64,000 bases of DNA from an uncultured virus (IMG/VR IMGVR_UViG_3300028557_000031) (lineage: Duplodnaviria; Heunggongvirae; Uroviricota; Caudoviricetes): IMG/VR virus record IMGVR_UViG_3300028557_000031, positions 1-64,000 of that record, one strand, 5' to 3'. Below the pieces are notes generated by a model. It was given only the letters and a program-made list of their open reading frames with translations, was not told the origin of the DNA and did no database searches. Shown piece by piece: positions 36,195-47,535 of the stretch; the stretch's first letter is position 1; each line of letters opens with the position of its first letter. A program made the position numbers and the translations under genes.

Positions 36195-37376
36195 TTAACG
36201 ATTTAATCTAAAATCGAATTGGTATTCAACCTCACCTGTTGGTGTGAACTGTTGTTTTACGACGGGTCTATTAACATCACGACCCGATTTTGGTAGTGTT
36301 GGGAATTTGGGGTCTCCTGTGTATTTTTCACGAAGAGCCAAGATTGCCTTTTCAACATTCTTTCCACCAATTCCCATAGTACCAAATTTGTGGTCTCGTT
36401 TCAAACAAGCATTAACTTCTTTTTTCATCGCTTCTAAAGTACCGAAGTCTGGTTCTTCAGGTGGCGGTTTTCTCCAAGAGTTGTAGTAAGCTAAAATAAC
36501 TCTACCACAATACTTTTCATTGTATATTTTTTCACCTTCTTTTTGTTGGTCCCGAGTAATCTTAAGTAATTGTTTTCTATCAATTTTACTTGGATTAAGA
36601 TAAATTACAATATTTTTAGTGAGACCAGCGCTTTTCGGGATGACTAACCGTCCACTCCACCAAGTTTGTCTTTCTTGCTCGGTCATTTCATTTTCGTACT
36701 TCCAAGGACCTCTTCCCTCTTCAGGTTTTTCAATTCCAAATGAATTTAAATAAGAATCAATGATTTCAGATTCTTTTGAAGTCGTCGCACCAGGTTGCAT
36801 TGTAGCCGCTTTGGGTCTATAAAGTTTGGTTGTTCCAACTTGAATGATTTCAAGAACTGTTTGGTCTCCTTGGTTTGCAGGTACCTCATAACCAGCAGGT
36901 AGATTGTCATAGGTAAAGTATCCGTAACCACCTTGCTTGATATCCTTTGTAAGGGTTGCAATTAGATTATTCAATCTGTCTTCTTTAACATTCAATCCTT
37001 TACACGACCACTTGTCAGCGCTTCTTACACCTGTTTTTCCTCCTTGACTAACTGTTACTAAGAAAGTTCCATCTCCAAAGAAATATACCTCATCACCTCT
37101 ATCCCAAATGACTCTGTCACCTGACATTTTTTGTTCTGTTGGACGGTATAACAATGCGTTTTTACCATCTTTCGTTGCTGGTTTGGATTGTCTGATAGCT
37201 TCATTGGTACACTTTTGTTGTGCTAATGCTAAAAATTGTTTCGGGTCGGTAACATCTTCAATTTGCTCGGAAACCAAAGATTTGTCAAAAAGATGACCCA
37301 TTAGAACATCTCTATACTTGTTGTGATTTTCAAGTATCGAGTTTCTCTCTTCTGTAGTAATTTTAATTCTTTTCAT
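36195..37376 (-). CDS. Probable virion protein
   Basis: 393 aa, N-terminal ITTEERNSILENH motif, TATTTAT upstream. Confidence 0.6.
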   Translation of the reverse strand: MKRIKITTEERNSILENHNKYRDVLMGHLFDKSLVSEQIEDVTDPKQFLALAQQKCTNEAIRQSKPATKDGKNALLYRPTEQKMSGDRVIWDRGDEVYFFGDGTFLVTVSQGGKTGVRSADKWSCKGLNVKEDRLNNLIATLTKDIKQGGYGYFTYDNLPAGYEVPANQGDQTVLEIIQVGTTKLYRPKAATMQPGATTSKESEIIDSYLNSFGIEKPEEGRGPWKYENEMTEQERQTWWSGRLVIPKSAGLTKNIVIYLNPSKIDRKQLLKITRDQQKEGEKIYNEKYCGRVILAYYNSWRKPPPEEPDFGTLEAMKKEVNACLKRDHKFGTMGIGGKNVEKAILALREKYTGDPKFPTLPKSGRDVNRPVVKQQFTPTGEVEYQFDFRLNR

Positions 37377-37396
37377 ATCTTATACGATAAATACAC

Positions 37397-38128
37397 TTAT
37401 GATAGGTCTAAAATCTCAGAACCCCTGGATGTTTTCGGAAATTTGCGATAGAAATCTTCGGCTTCCTTTTTTTGTTTTTCCACCTCAAGATTCATTTCGT
37501 TGGTTTTTTTAATTAAATTACAAACACGGCTAACATCGGAATCATTGAAACCGTTTTGCCAACCGTAGTTACCCAATTTATTATACATTAAATTATCGAA
37601 ATTACCTGTTGATTCCAAACCTAAACATTCTTGTACTTTTTTAATTGATTCTGATTTACAACCCAATTGATTGAAACCGGTACATGACTTATATGTTTGT
37701 GAAAGGTCGTTACGGACAATTTGTGGTTTACTCGTTGGGTTTTTCTCTTCCAACTTATTTCTTAAAACCCACAAATTATATTGCAGTTTTACTTTTTCAG
37801 CGGCACTAACTGTTGAATTTTTTACATTGTCTACGAGTATATTAAGTTCTTCCAATGCCTTTCTATAAGTTACACTGGTTTTAACTTCTTGTATTTTTTC
37901 TTCAAACTCTTCAACTTTTTTATCCAATTCATTTTCTGTCGTTGGTTCGGTAGTATTCTCAGGTTCTTCAGTTGATGAATTATCTTGCGTATCAATTTCA
38001 CACTTATACCAAGTCACAGAACCAAAAACTACAGTGCGTAATTTACCCGAACAAGAAGGTCTTTTAGGCCTCCAACCTTGTTCACGCGCATCATACGCTG
38101 AAGTGGGGATTTTTTGTTCGTTTAACAT
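37397..38128 (-). CDS. Protein with a C-terminal peptidoglycan-binding-like domain
   Basis: GCKSESIKKVQECLGLESTGNF resembles PG_binding_1 repeats. Confidence 0.5.
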   Translation of the reverse strand: MLNEQKIPTSAYDAREQGWRPKRPSCSGKLRTVVFGSVTWYKCEIDTQDNSSTEEPENTTEPTTENELDKKVEEFEEKIQEVKTSVTYRKALEELNILVDNVKNSTVSAAEKVKLQYNLWVLRNKLEEKNPTSKPQIVRNDLSQTYKSCTGFNQLGCKSESIKKVQECLGLESTGNFDNLMYNKLGNYGWQNGFNDSDVSRVCNLIKKTNEMNLEVEKQKKEAEDFYRKFPKTSRGSEILDLS

Positions 38129-38135
38129 AACATCA

Positions 38136-39473
38136 TTAATTAAAAATATTAAACATACTTTTATTTCTATCCTCTTCGGTGTAAACTTTATGACCTAATA
38201 CAGTGTCTTCTTTGTAAATAAGATAATCAACATCATCTCCTTCACCTACCCACAAAGCAATCATTTTATTTGGGTCTTTGTTATCAACTTCAAAAAAGTA
38301 ATTTTTAGGGTCAATCTTCATAGTATTTTGCATATAATCTTTAGCCTCTTCTTCAGAAACTTTTGAAAATGTTTTTGTTATAGTACCAAGACTCCCTTTT
38401 ATCCCTGATAGTACATCACCAAGTTTATTAGTTAAAAAAAATGACGTTCCCGAAACAGGTCCTTTAGTGACGAAAGCATATAAAAATTCTATAAACAATA
38501 TAATTCCAAAAAGAGCAGTACTCGCTCTCAAGAGTGTTGAAGGTAAGTTTAAAATATAACTTCCATCGGGAGCTTTCGCATAAACTTTTTGTTTACCCAA
38601 ACCTGTTGTGTCGAGTTCTTTTCTATAAACAACTAATGCATTTTTAGCCCTGGTAAAAATGCCACCATAGTATTTGGATTGTTCAGGAGATAATTTTCCT
38701 AAAGAAGATTTGAATTTCTCATCTCGTAAAATATTGTCAATTTGAGATGCTACCTCTTCTACCGCCTCATCCCAAGTTTTACCTCTTAGTTTTGTTTCGA
38801 TTCTACGAAGCTCAACTTGAAAATCTTTCATCCCCTTTAAAGAGTTGAATGTATTTTCCCCAAAAACATTTCTAAGTACCGCTTCAGGAGTAACATCCGT
38901 CCCTACTTTGGCTAATGAAGGGACTCTTGCTTGATTGAGTTGTTTCCTAAATCTTGAAACCAATCCTTCTTTCATTTCATCACTTAACCAATCCAATTCT
39001 TCAAGAGTCGTTTCATAATTTTTTACTGTAGCTTCGATGTATTCTTCAGAAACTGGAGTCCCCTTCCTTCCTAATTCTGTCACTTTTTTTATTGTGGAGG
39101 AGGTAATATTAACTATTTGACTTGGAATTATTTTGGATTTCAAAAGAAATTCTACAAATTCTTCAGTTGTGGCATTTCTTAAAATAAGTCTCAACGAGTC
39201 ATCAGAAAATTGTTTCACGAATGAGAATCCTGCATCATAATCATCAATTTGTTTGGTGAAAATATCTATTAAATCATCTGTCACAACACCAACCTTTTGA
39301 GCCTCTTTTTGGGCAATTGGTGTTATGAAATCAATAAACTCATCCCCTTGTTTTAGGGCAAAATCAAAAATTTCTTGCGATAATTTAGGTGGAATCGGTT
39401 GTTCCAAAAGAATATTTTTACCTGAGATAATTTCTCTTATTCTATAAATTTCAGTAATGAGTTTTTTATCCAT
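38136..39473 (-). CDS. Probable virion protein with a transmembrane segment
   Basis: 445 aa, N-terminal LITEIYRIREI..LLEQ, hydrophobic ALFGIILFIEFLYAFV. Confidence 0.6.
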   Translation of the reverse strand: MDKKLITEIYRIREIISGKNILLEQPIPPKLSQEIFDFALKQGDEFIDFITPIAQKEAQKVGVVTDDLIDIFTKQIDDYDAGFSFVKQFSDDSLRLILRNATTEEFVEFLLKSKIIPSQIVNITSSTIKKVTELGRKGTPVSEEYIEATVKNYETTLEELDWLSDEMKEGLVSRFRKQLNQARVPSLAKVGTDVTPEAVLRNVFGENTFNSLKGMKDFQVELRRIETKLRGKTWDEAVEEVASQIDNILRDEKFKSSLGKLSPEQSKYYGGIFTRAKNALVVYRKELDTTGLGKQKVYAKAPDGSYILNLPSTLLRASTALFGIILFIEFLYAFVTKGPVSGTSFFLTNKLGDVLSGIKGSLGTITKTFSKVSEEEAKDYMQNTMKIDPKNYFFEVDNKDPNKMIALWVGEGDDVDYLIYKEDTVLGHKVYTEEDRNKSMFNIFN

Positions 39474-39497
39474 AATCTATAAATATCTAACTTTGAC

Positions 39498-40733
39498 TTA
39501 ATATATCCCATGAAACGCATTAATTGAGTCTTGGTTTGTTGTATACTTAATGTTTATTTTAACAATGTCCATTTGTTTTTGAGAGCTGTCCGTTTTTTCG
39601 ATTTCATCAATCGCTTTATCTCGAACTTCTTCTCTAACATCCTCTTCTAATTTTTTTATTTCAGAAATTGGTTGTTTTTTTTGTTCTACAGTGAGTTGGG
39701 TTTTATCATTAACACCAACCAAAATGACACCAATTTTCTTGGCTAAAGCGGCAACAGTATAAATTACCCCTCCGATTCTAATTGTCCATTTACTTGTAAT
39801 CAAACCTGCTCTTATCAAATACAAACAATAAAGAAGTAACTGTTTCAGATTCATTTTTGAAGTGATGGCTAAAGTAGATGAGCGAGCAGTAATTTTTGTC
39901 GTTAGTTTTACTAACTCATCTTTATTCTTATTAATAGCCTCAACCACCCCCGCTTCGGTTCGGTTTAAAGGTAATTTTTTTGAAACTTTTTTCAATAAAT
40001 TTTTAATAAATCCACTAGTTAGATTTTTGTAACCAGGAATGAATTGTGCCAACTGGTGACCTGGTATTAATAAAAATAATGTACCTAATCCTGCCGCTAG
40101 TTCATTACCTTCTTTTACATACAAATTCACATCTGCCAATTCCAAAAGTCCACCAACAACAATTCCCACAACTCCCGCGAAACCAAATGTTGCGGCAACA
40201 GAGGCTAAAGGTAAAAGAATGTGAGGGTCTGTCAAAATATCACTAATATCCACCATTGCTTTATGATTTGTTGAATATTCTTTTGAATCCAAATCATAAA
40301 TTTTTTCAAATTCTGTTTTCGCCGTCTTTGATTTACAAAAAGGGATTTTTTTTGTTTTACCGTAACAAACACATGATGATTTTTTACAAAGTAGTATTTC
40401 GGCTCTTGGAGAGTAATAGGGTAATTTCCATTGGAAATCTTCATCACTTGTGACTTTTCCTGGTGTGGTTGCAACACTCATTGCCTTGACAGGTTTTTCG
40501 GGTTTTTCAGGAAGGATGTATTCCATTGCGAGAGACTTTGAAACTCCTTCAGGGTCTTTCATTCTAACTTGCATAGCTGGTGGAATAACATTTACACTAC
40601 TTAGTCTATCACTAATAGGAACCGAAGAGGGGATTCTTTGTTCAATTAATGATATATTTTCACCGTTGGTTTTTTTTGTGTCATAAAACATTCTCACAAG
40701 AATGTCATTCAAAACTTTTTTGTTTCTACTCAT
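39498..40733 (-). CDS. Probable virion membrane/ejection-type protein
   Basis: 411 aa with a glycine-rich hydrophobic hairpin (LASVAATFGFAGVVGIVVGG..AAGLGTLF). Confidence 0.55.
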   Translation of the reverse strand: MSRNKKVLNDILVRMFYDTKKTNGENISLIEQRIPSSVPISDRLSSVNVIPPAMQVRMKDPEGVSKSLAMEYILPEKPEKPVKAMSVATTPGKVTSDEDFQWKLPYYSPRAEILLCKKSSCVCYGKTKKIPFCKSKTAKTEFEKIYDLDSKEYSTNHKAMVDISDILTDPHILLPLASVAATFGFAGVVGIVVGGLLELADVNLYVKEGNELAAGLGTLFLLIPGHQLAQFIPGYKNLTSGFIKNLLKKVSKKLPLNRTEAGVVEAINKNKDELVKLTTKITARSSTLAITSKMNLKQLLLYCLYLIRAGLITSKWTIRIGGVIYTVAALAKKIGVILVGVNDKTQLTVEQKKQPISEIKKLEEDVREEVRDKAIDEIEKTDSSQKQMDIVKINIKYTTNQDSINAFHGIY

Positions 40734-41008
40734 GTCAGCGGATTGGCTTTACCTCTTGAAACTCCAGTGTCCCATTTATATTTGGGGTCACCCATATAAG
40801 TTTTACCCATAGACCTGTCACTTTTCCACACATATCCATGTCCACCATAAGTTTTACCCATCTTTCTTCCCGACTCCCATGATTTGGCACTTGATTTTGA
40901 ACCAGCAGAACCCCCCGTTTCAGCAGAGTCCTCTTGTTCTACCATCTCATTTTTGGATGATAAAACCTTAGATATGGTCTTTATTATATTATCAACATTC
41001 AAATCCAT
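40730..41008 (-). CDS. Small protein with W-x-S/T-G..G-K repeats
   Basis: Three repeats: WESGRKMGKT, WKSDRSMGKT, WDTGVSRGKANPL. Confidence 0.6.
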   Translation of the reverse strand: MDLNVDNIIKTISKVLSSKNEMVEQEDSAETGGSAGSKSSAKSWESGRKMGKTYGGHGYVWKSDRSMGKTYMGDPKYKWDTGVSRGKANPLT

Positions 41009-41056
41009 AAAGATAAATATTTTGATTACCCATAAAATAGTGTTATATTTTTTTTT

Positions 41057-41581
41057 ATGAAGAAACTATGGGTATTTATTGTCTTTTTTGTTGTAGGTTG
41101 TGAGGTTTACACCACTGAAACGAAAACTCCTACCTTAAGTGGTAAGTATGTGATTAACCTCATTCAGATGTATCCTACAGACCAAGATGTATCCCCAAAT
41201 AGAACTTACTATCCTGCAGATACTTTTATCTCTGAGCTCCCTTATCCTTTTGATACCTTAGTCATCGGTAATTTTTTCCTACACTTTGACTATTCGATGG
41301 TAATGATGAAAAGAATGGGTGTGGACTTTGGTGGTCGGGATATATGGGAGATTGGACCCACACCGTATTATATTAGAAACGGGACACCCTTTTACACTGG
41401 TGACTTACAGTTCACATATGAATATAAAAAGGGGGGTAACACACATTGGATTACCTCAACATTCACCATTATTGATGATGGGTACGAACATTTGATTATT
41501 CAGACCAAAGGATATTGGCCCAATGTTGAGATGGGCGAGAATTTACACACCACATTTACTCTAACAAGAGTCGGACCTTAA
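41057..41581 (+). CDS. Lipoprotein
   Basis: MKKLWVFIVFFVVG|C signal peptide with lipobox. Confidence 0.65.
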   Translation: MKKLWVFIVFFVVGCEVYTTETKTPTLSGKYVINLIQMYPTDQDVSPNRTYYPADTFISELPYPFDTLVIGNFFLHFDYSMVMMKRMGVDFGGRDIWEIGPTPYYIRNGTPFYTGDLQFTYEYKKGGNTHWITSTFTIIDDGYEHLIIQTKGYWPNVEMGENLHTTFTLTRVGP

Positions 41582-41898
41582 TAGATTGTTGGTTTTGGTA
41601 GATTTTCAGGGTTAACAAGGTAATACTCGTTCAGAAAAGATATGAGTTCCTCTTCATCAACGGTAATGTCCTCTTCAAAATCATAATCACTTTCGTCTTC
41701 ATAATCGTCATCATCATCAATGTCTTCGAAAAAATCAAAATCTTCGGTGGTGATGTCATAACCATATTCTTCAACTAAAGAATAATCTATTTTATCGGTT
41801 CTTTGTTCATCCTCAGCATCTTCTATGGTCCTGAATGAAACATCAAGAATATTAGATTTTAAGTTGATATTGTAATTTAGTATCTCTAAAATTTCCAT
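41578..41898 (-). CDS. Acidic hypothetical protein
   Basis: 106 aa, D/E-rich. Confidence 0.6.
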   Translation of the reverse strand: MEILEILNYNINLKSNILDVSFRTIEDAEDEQRTDKIDYSLVEEYGYDITTEDFDFFEDIDDDDDYEDESDYDFEEDITVDEEELISFLNEYYLVNPENLPKPTIY

Positions 41899-41985
41899 AA
41901 TAAAACTTTATTAAACAAATATATTAAATCCATAGAAAATACTTTTCTTATTTAAACAAAATGATTATTTTTCTAAAAAAATTAT

Positions 41986-42564
41986 ATGAGAATCAACTCT
42001 TTAGTAATCGATGATTTTTATTCTAACCCTACGGAAGTTAGAGAATTTGCATTAAAACAAGAATTTAAAGTCAGAGGAAACTATCCAGGGCAAAGAACCG
42101 AATCATTTTTAAATGATGCAATAAAAGCCAAAATTCAAGAAATTTTATACCCCATTGCTGGCACTGTCACCTTTTGGGGTGGTGAATACACTGGGTCCTT
42201 TCAGTATACAGTAGCTAAAGACCGTTCATGGATACATTCCGATTCAACCACCGATTGGGCTTGTTTGGTTTATTTAACCCCTGACGCACCCATAACCGCC
42301 GGTACAGGTATTTTCAAACACAAAGAGACTGATTTGATGACTTGGGATTATAGAAACAAAAGTCCTGAATATCTTAAATCCGCACCTCCAGGAGACGATT
42401 TTCAAGATATGACAAAGTGGGACATGGTTGATAGATTTGGTAATCTTTTCAATAGAATGATAATGTACCGAGCAGACAATTACCATATGTCTTTAGACTA
42501 CTTTGGTAATAGCAAAGAAAATGGTAGATTATTTCAAGTTTTCTTTTTGAATACTGAACGATAG
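41986..42564 (+). CDS. 2OG-Fe(II) oxygenase-like protein (DUF6445-type)
   Basis: VIDDFYSNP, YPGQRT, WIHSD, VYLTP, NRM..Y....H, RLFQVFF. Confidence 0.75.
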   Translation: MRINSLVIDDFYSNPTEVREFALKQEFKVRGNYPGQRTESFLNDAIKAKIQEILYPIAGTVTFWGGEYTGSFQYTVAKDRSWIHSDSTTDWACLVYLTPDAPITAGTGIFKHKETDLMTWDYRNKSPEYLKSAPPGDDFQDMTKWDMVDRFGNLFNRMIMYRADNYHMSLDYFGNSKENGRLFQVFFLNTER

Positions 42565-42566
42565 TA

Positions 42567-42995
42567 TTATTCGAAAATTGTGGGGTCAGTTAAATAAATT
42601 ACCTCAGTGATTCCTTCTAAACAATAACATTTCACTTCTTGACTGGTACCGGCAATTTTTTGACCGTTTTTAAAACCTATAAATTTGGGTCCGTAACAAC
42701 CACAGGTAGGATTAAAAAGTTGCGTACCTACATATCTAAATCTGTATAAAAATGGTAGTGAATCTTCAATAATAGACTCGTAAACTTTTATACCCAATTC
42801 TTCAACTAAGATATCAAGGGGTGATGTACATTTTTCCCCATTAATTGGCGACAAGGGTTTAATAACCAAACTCTTTGTACAACTTGCATCATTCACATTT
42901 CGGTTAACAAAATGCCAAAAGAAAACTTCTTCTTCTTTAGCAATTTTATTAAACTCTGAAATGTCAATTATTTGAAATTCGGTCCCGATAGCCAT
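42567..42995 (-). CDS. Hypothetical protein
   Basis: 142-aa Cys-rich ORF coupled to the upstream oxygenase. Confidence 0.55.
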   Translation of the reverse strand: MAIGTEFQIIDISEFNKIAKEEEVFFWHFVNRNVNDASCTKSLVIKPLSPINGEKCTSPLDILVEELGIKVYESIIEDSLPFLYRFRYVGTQLFNPTCGCYGPKFIGFKNGQKIAGTSQEVKCYCLEGITEVIYLTDPTIFE

Positions 42996-43606
42996 GAAAC
43001 AAGAGAAATTCTTTTACCAGATGTTACTGGTGTAACCCTATGGAGTGTGAATGATGCGAAGAAACAAACTAACCCTCTTTCTTTGGGGATTTGAATAATA
43101 TTACCATTGTTTATTTCTAAAACACCACCCTCGTAGTCCTTTGGGTCCGATAACTGAATAACACAAGAAAGTTTTCTGTTAGACATTCCTGGACCAACAT
43201 CTGTATGCCAATCGTAATGTCCGCCACCACCGTTATAGAGGGTATACTGTAGGTCATCTTGATAACCCCAAAGGTCAAAATTCCACATCTGGGCGTTTGC
43301 CGCAATTGATAATTCAGTGATTCTTTCATAAACCCAAAGAAAATCATCATTTTGAGGAATCCATGAAATTTCACTTTTCCTATGGTCAGATTGTGTTGAG
43401 GTGTCACCAGCACCTACTAACCCTGATTGTTTAGGAAGTTTGTTGGCGGTCTTAATCAAAGTATCTAACTCATCATCGGTAAATGCATTTACATAATAGT
43501 AATAGTTCATGTGATTGAGGTCGGTTCTGTGTTGGGCAACAAAAGGATATGATAAATTCATTTTAATTTTTTCTTCAAAAATAACACACCTTGAACTAAT
43601 ATTCAA
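42968..43606 (-). CDS. 2OG-Fe(II) oxygenase (prolyl-hydroxylase/PKHD-like)
   Basis: YDWHTD, RKLS...QLS, YEGG.L, HRVTPVTSGKRISLVSW. Confidence 0.88.
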   Translation of the reverse strand: MNISSRCVIFEEKIKMNLSYPFVAQHRTDLNHMNYYYYVNAFTDDELDTLIKTANKLPKQSGLVGAGDTSTQSDHRKSEISWIPQNDDFLWVYERITELSIAANAQMWNFDLWGYQDDLQYTLYNGGGGHYDWHTDVGPGMSNRKLSCVIQLSDPKDYEGGVLEINNGNIIQIPKERGLVCFFASFTLHRVTPVTSGKRISLVSWLSGPNFK

Positions 43607-43618
43607 CTATTACTATCT

Positions 43619-44617
43619 ATGAAACAGAAAATCTTTGATGTTATTTTTTTTTACAACGAAATTAACCTTCTTGATAAAAGAATTGAGTACATGGGAAATC
43701 ATGTTACAAAATTTATAATTTTAAATTTTGGGCCAATTCATTTAAACACCTACCAAGACAATATTCAGGTTTACAAGATGTCTTTTAGAAAAACACCTTT
43801 TTTTAGAAATAATTTTTTAGAATATCTTTTTTATCTATTTGATTTTGATGATTTCAAATATGATGATTTTTTTATTTTTTCCAAAGTAGATGAACTTCCT
43901 GACCTTGAGTCTCTCTTTAGTGAAATCAACCCCAAAAGTTTTATCCCATTGGTTTTAAACCACACTAACTACGCATGGTCACACCTATTACAATCCAAAG
44001 AAACATATTTTGGTTCAAGAATATTCCAATACACTAACTTTTTACAAAATACTCATTTACACCATTCATTATACAATAATAATCCCCTTTTGTGGAACGC
44101 ACAAATTATTGATAACGGATTTAGATTATTTGGGTTTGGTTCTTTGGAGACCTTGGAGTTATCAAAAAATTTTTGGTATGATGAATCACCTCATAATCAA
44201 ACAAATCTTTCGAATTTATTGGACCAACATAATTCAATCAATTATGATGAAAAAATTATTCACCATACTTTAGTTGAAAATACTTTGTTACCCATACATT
44301 TTCATAGTTTGTCTCACGAAGTAAAAAATTCGGAAAAATCTATATTATTCTTGGATTTAGCGGTATCCGATAATGAAATTCATTACAATTTTAACGGACA
44401 ACAAAATATTGAAATAATCAATTATCCATCAAGGGTTTTATATTCCGATAAAAATTATGAAGATTTCCAAAGTGATTTTAAAAAAAATGAAATACTAAGA
44501 ATTTTGAAAAAGTTACCCACAGAAAATATCAAACATATTGAAATAAAAAAAACCACAGAAACTGTGGTTTTTAATATGGAGGAAATTATTAATTCAGTCC
44601 CGAGTGAGTTACTTTAG
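43619..44617 (+). CDS. Glycosyltransferase family 17-like protein (divergent)
   Basis: IFD...FYNE..LL..R and DD...FSKVDELP; the usual SDxDE motif is altered. Confidence 0.5.
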   Translation: MKQKIFDVIFFYNEINLLDKRIEYMGNHVTKFIILNFGPIHLNTYQDNIQVYKMSFRKTPFFRNNFLEYLFYLFDFDDFKYDDFFIFSKVDELPDLESLFSEINPKSFIPLVLNHTNYAWSHLLQSKETYFGSRIFQYTNFLQNTHLHHSLYNNNPLLWNAQIIDNGFRLFGFGSLETLELSKNFWYDESPHNQTNLSNLLDQHNSINYDEKIIHHTLVENTLLPIHFHSLSHEVKNSEKSILFLDLAVSDNEIHYNFNGQQNIEIINYPSRVLYSDKNYEDFQSDFKKNEILRILKKLPTENIKHIEIKKTTETVVFNMEEIINSVPSELL

Positions 44618-45351
44618 AATTTTGACATTCGTTTGAACATTTCTAAAATAACCTCTTTCTGTTCTACGGTGCTTTCATCCAAGATTTCATCTTCTTCGTA
44701 AATGTCGCCATCCGCTGTGTCACCATATGAATCGCCAGCCTCAGGTCCATCAGAAACAAAGTTATAGGCTTTATCCTCACCACCCATCATTTCTTGACCA
44801 TCATACTCTTTATTCATCATTTTATTCATTCGTGCAACCATCTCACGAGCATCAGAATCAGTATCATGTTGTGATTCGTAATCTAAAACATCTTGTTGGT
44901 CCTGATATTCTTGATTGATAGTATCAAAATCAGTCTTTGAATTAAATTCTTCAGGACCATCTGTTCCGAAGTTGTATGCGGATTCCATTTCATCGTATTG
45001 TTCTTCCATGTCGTCTTCTTTGTAGAGTTTCTTGTGCATACCCTCAAAAGTATCAATATCATTGGATGAACCTTGAACATAATCAAACCCAGCTTTTGGG
45101 TCCAAATCTTGGGTAACATCGAGTTTTTGACCGTACATTTGTTCGTTAATACCCATATTTGAAAATCCCTGAACTTTGCCGTTATTACCCACTGTCATAC
45201 CTAACTTGTCCTTAGCAAAGTCTTGTACTGTTAGTGGTGTGAGATTATTTGTTGTATTTAAAGTGGCATATCCATCATATTGTGTTTGATGTTGTTTTAG
45301 AATATTTTCTTTTTCAGAATCACTTGGATTCCATATAGTCATGTATGACAT
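44614..45351 (-). CDS. Acidic probable virion protein with an AYNFxxDGPE repeat
   Basis: AYNFGTDGPE and AYNFVSDGPE; N-terminal SEKENILKQH; TATTTAT upstream. Confidence 0.6.
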   Translation of the reverse strand: MSYMTIWNPSDSEKENILKQHQTQYDGYATLNTTNNLTPLTVQDFAKDKLGMTVGNNGKVQGFSNMGINEQMYGQKLDVTQDLDPKAGFDYVQGSSNDIDTFEGMHKKLYKEDDMEEQYDEMESAYNFGTDGPEEFNSKTDFDTINQEYQDQQDVLDYESQHDTDSDAREMVARMNKMMNKEYDGQEMMGGEDKAYNFVSDGPEAGDSYGDTADGDIYEEDEILDESTVEQKEVILEMFKRMSKF

Positions 45352-45422
45352 AATCAGATGTTTTGTTATAAATAGTTCCTCAAACCTCTTTTTTTGTTTT
45401 TCACTTTTACTATAATTGATTC

Positions 45423-45680
45423 ATGGATTTAGACGAACTTTTTGAAACAGCTGAAGGAGCCGTTGTTCTCACTGGATTTGATGAGGCAATAATTGGACTT
45501 GTTGAAGAATTTGGTAATGGACCTAGAATACTATACTCAAGAGAAAAAATATTACAAATACTCCAAGAAAGGGATGAAATGAATTTTGACGATGCGTTGG
45601 ATTTCTATGATTTTAACATTCTTGGTATGTATGTCGGAGAACAAAATCCACTAATCCTTTATGAAACCTTAAACAAATAA
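45423..45680 (+). CDS. Conserved small phage protein
   Basis: GFDEAIIG...Y...A.DF.DFNI.G.YVGE..P pattern. Confidence 0.7.
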   Translation: MDLDELFETAEGAVVLTGFDEAIIGLVEEFGNGPRILYSREKILQILQERDEMNFDDALDFYDFNILGMYVGEQNPLILYETLNK

Positions 45681-45903
45681 TAACTATGGTAACACTTACT
45701 TTTAATACCACCACCAAAACTGTGAAAATCTCAAACACAGCAGATAAAAACATATACGAATACTCAAATATCCCAACTGTCAAAGTTCGGGACGGATTCT
45801 ATGAGGTAATGCAAAAAGAGGCATCTCTTACAGAAGAAATTCAAATCCCAATTTGTCGTCTTCCTATCTCACAAACCATAATGTTTATTACTAAATAAAA
45901 AAA

Positions 45904-46647
45904 ATGATTAATACTGAACTATCAAATCTGCTTAAAACCAGCTACCAATCCGCATTTCCATTTCCACACATTGTAATTGATAATTTTATTCAAGAAGATA
46001 TTGTAAATGAGGTTGCCGAGGAAGTAAAAAAATATGAAATGTGGGGGTATGACCCTTCAGCCTACTCTGTAAAACATCAAGTAAATAAATTTTTTAGTCC
46101 TTGGTGTGATGAAAACTTGAATGATATTCAACAAACCGCCCCAAAAACTTGGCAGGTTTTATCTTACCTTAACTCTAAAGAGGCAACTTTATTCTTGGAA
46201 ACATTAACTGGTATTGATAATATTCTACCCGATAACAAATTTGTTGGTGGTGGGATGCATAAAATTAACACAGGTGGAAGATTAGCCGTACATGCGGATT
46301 ACAATGTCCACCCTGAAAATGAACTTCATCGAAGAATTAATTTACTCCTGTATTTGAATAAAGATTGGAAATCTGAGTGGGGAGGAAATTTAGAATTGTG
46401 GGAAAAAGATATGTCTAAAGTTACACACTCTATTGAACCTGTTTTCAATCGGGCAGTAATTTTCAATATTACTGATGATGCGTTCCATGGACACCCTCAC
46501 CCACTTACAAGTCCTGAGGATGTTTCTCGTTACTCTTTAGCACTCTACTATTTCACTGAGACACGACCTAAAAATGAAATTAGCGAAAAACATGCGGCAA
46601 TATGGCAAGAGCATGACCACAGTGTGAGAAACTACGCGAAGTTTTAA
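45904..46647 (+). CDS. 2OG-Fe(II) oxygenase
   Basis: [46 protein letters not shown]. Confidence 0.88.
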   Translation: MINTELSNLLKTSYQSAFPFPHIVIDNFIQEDIVNEVAEEVKKYEMWGYDPSAYSVKHQVNKFFSPWCDENLNDIQQTAPKTWQVLSYLNSKEATLFLETLTGIDNILPDNKFVGGGMHKINTGGRLAVHADYNVHPENELHRRINLLLYLNKDWKSEWGGNLELWEKDMSKVTHSIEPVFNRAVIFNITDDAFHGHPHPLTSPEDVSRYSLALYYFTETRPKNEISEKHAAIWQEHDHSVRNYAKF

Positions 46648-46648
46648 T

Positions 46649-47143
46649 ATGAATAACTTAGATAAAAGCTATCAAGCACTCCTACAAGATATCCTAAATA
46701 TTGGGATAATAAAAGAGGACCGTACAGGTACGGGTACCCTATCAGTATTTGGTCGTCAGATTCGACATAAAATGTCAGAAGGTTTTCCTCTTCTCACCAC
46801 CAAGAAGATGGCGGTTAAAGCAATGATAACCGAACTGAAATGGTTTTTGAAAGGAGATACCAATATCAAGTATTTGGTTAATAATGGTTGTCATATTTGG
46901 GATGGAGATTGTTATAAAGCGTATATTAAAAGATATAATAAAGGTAAATATGTTGTTGCCAAATTATTAGAAAATTCTAAGAAAAATAGAACATTGACTG
47001 AACCATTAACACCTAAACAATTAAAAGAATTGGGATTATCAATTAATGTAGATGTATCAGATTGTAAAAACTTTAAAGAAGCATCTAAAGTACAAGAACA
47101 AATTATTAACGGAGATGTTAAAATCAACATTATAAAAAAATAA
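46649..47143 (+). pseudogene. thyA: Thymidylate synthase N-terminal fragment fused to foreign sequence
   Basis: [41 protein letters not shown], then a switch at ~47001 into a repeat; the catalytic PCH and GLPFN motifs are absent. Confidence 0.85.
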
Positions 47144-47535
47144 ATTATGAAATCAAATTTAACAGAAAAACTACTATCAATCTGCGGAAGTGCAGATAAA
47201 ACTTACGGGTATAATGATATTAAATCAATAACCCATTATTTCTTTAAGAAAGAACCACTTAAACGAACTTATCCAAAGTTTGTAGAACCTGAGCCGATTA
47301 AACCATTAACACCTAAACAATTAAAAGAATTGGGATTATCAATTAATGTAGATGTATCAGATTGTAAAAACTTTAAAGAAGCATCTAAAGTACAAGAACA
47401 AATTATTAACGGAGATGTTAAAATCAACATTATAAAAAAATAAATTATGAAATCAAATTTAACAAAAAAATTATTATCAATCTGCGGAGATGCAGATAAA
47501 ACTTACGGGTATAATGATATTAAATCAATAACCCA
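47001..47535 (+). repeat. ~235-bp direct repeat (47001-47235 and 47301-47535)
   Basis: Near-identical copies offset by 300 bp with a few substitutions; gives identical C-termini to ORFs 46649 and 47147 and near-identical N-termini to ORFs 47147 and 47447. Confidence 0.92.

Noticed and set aside
47001..47535. Diversity-generating retroelement template/variable repeat pair
   Set aside because: Few mismatches, not confined to adenines of one copy, and no reverse transcriptase in the window.
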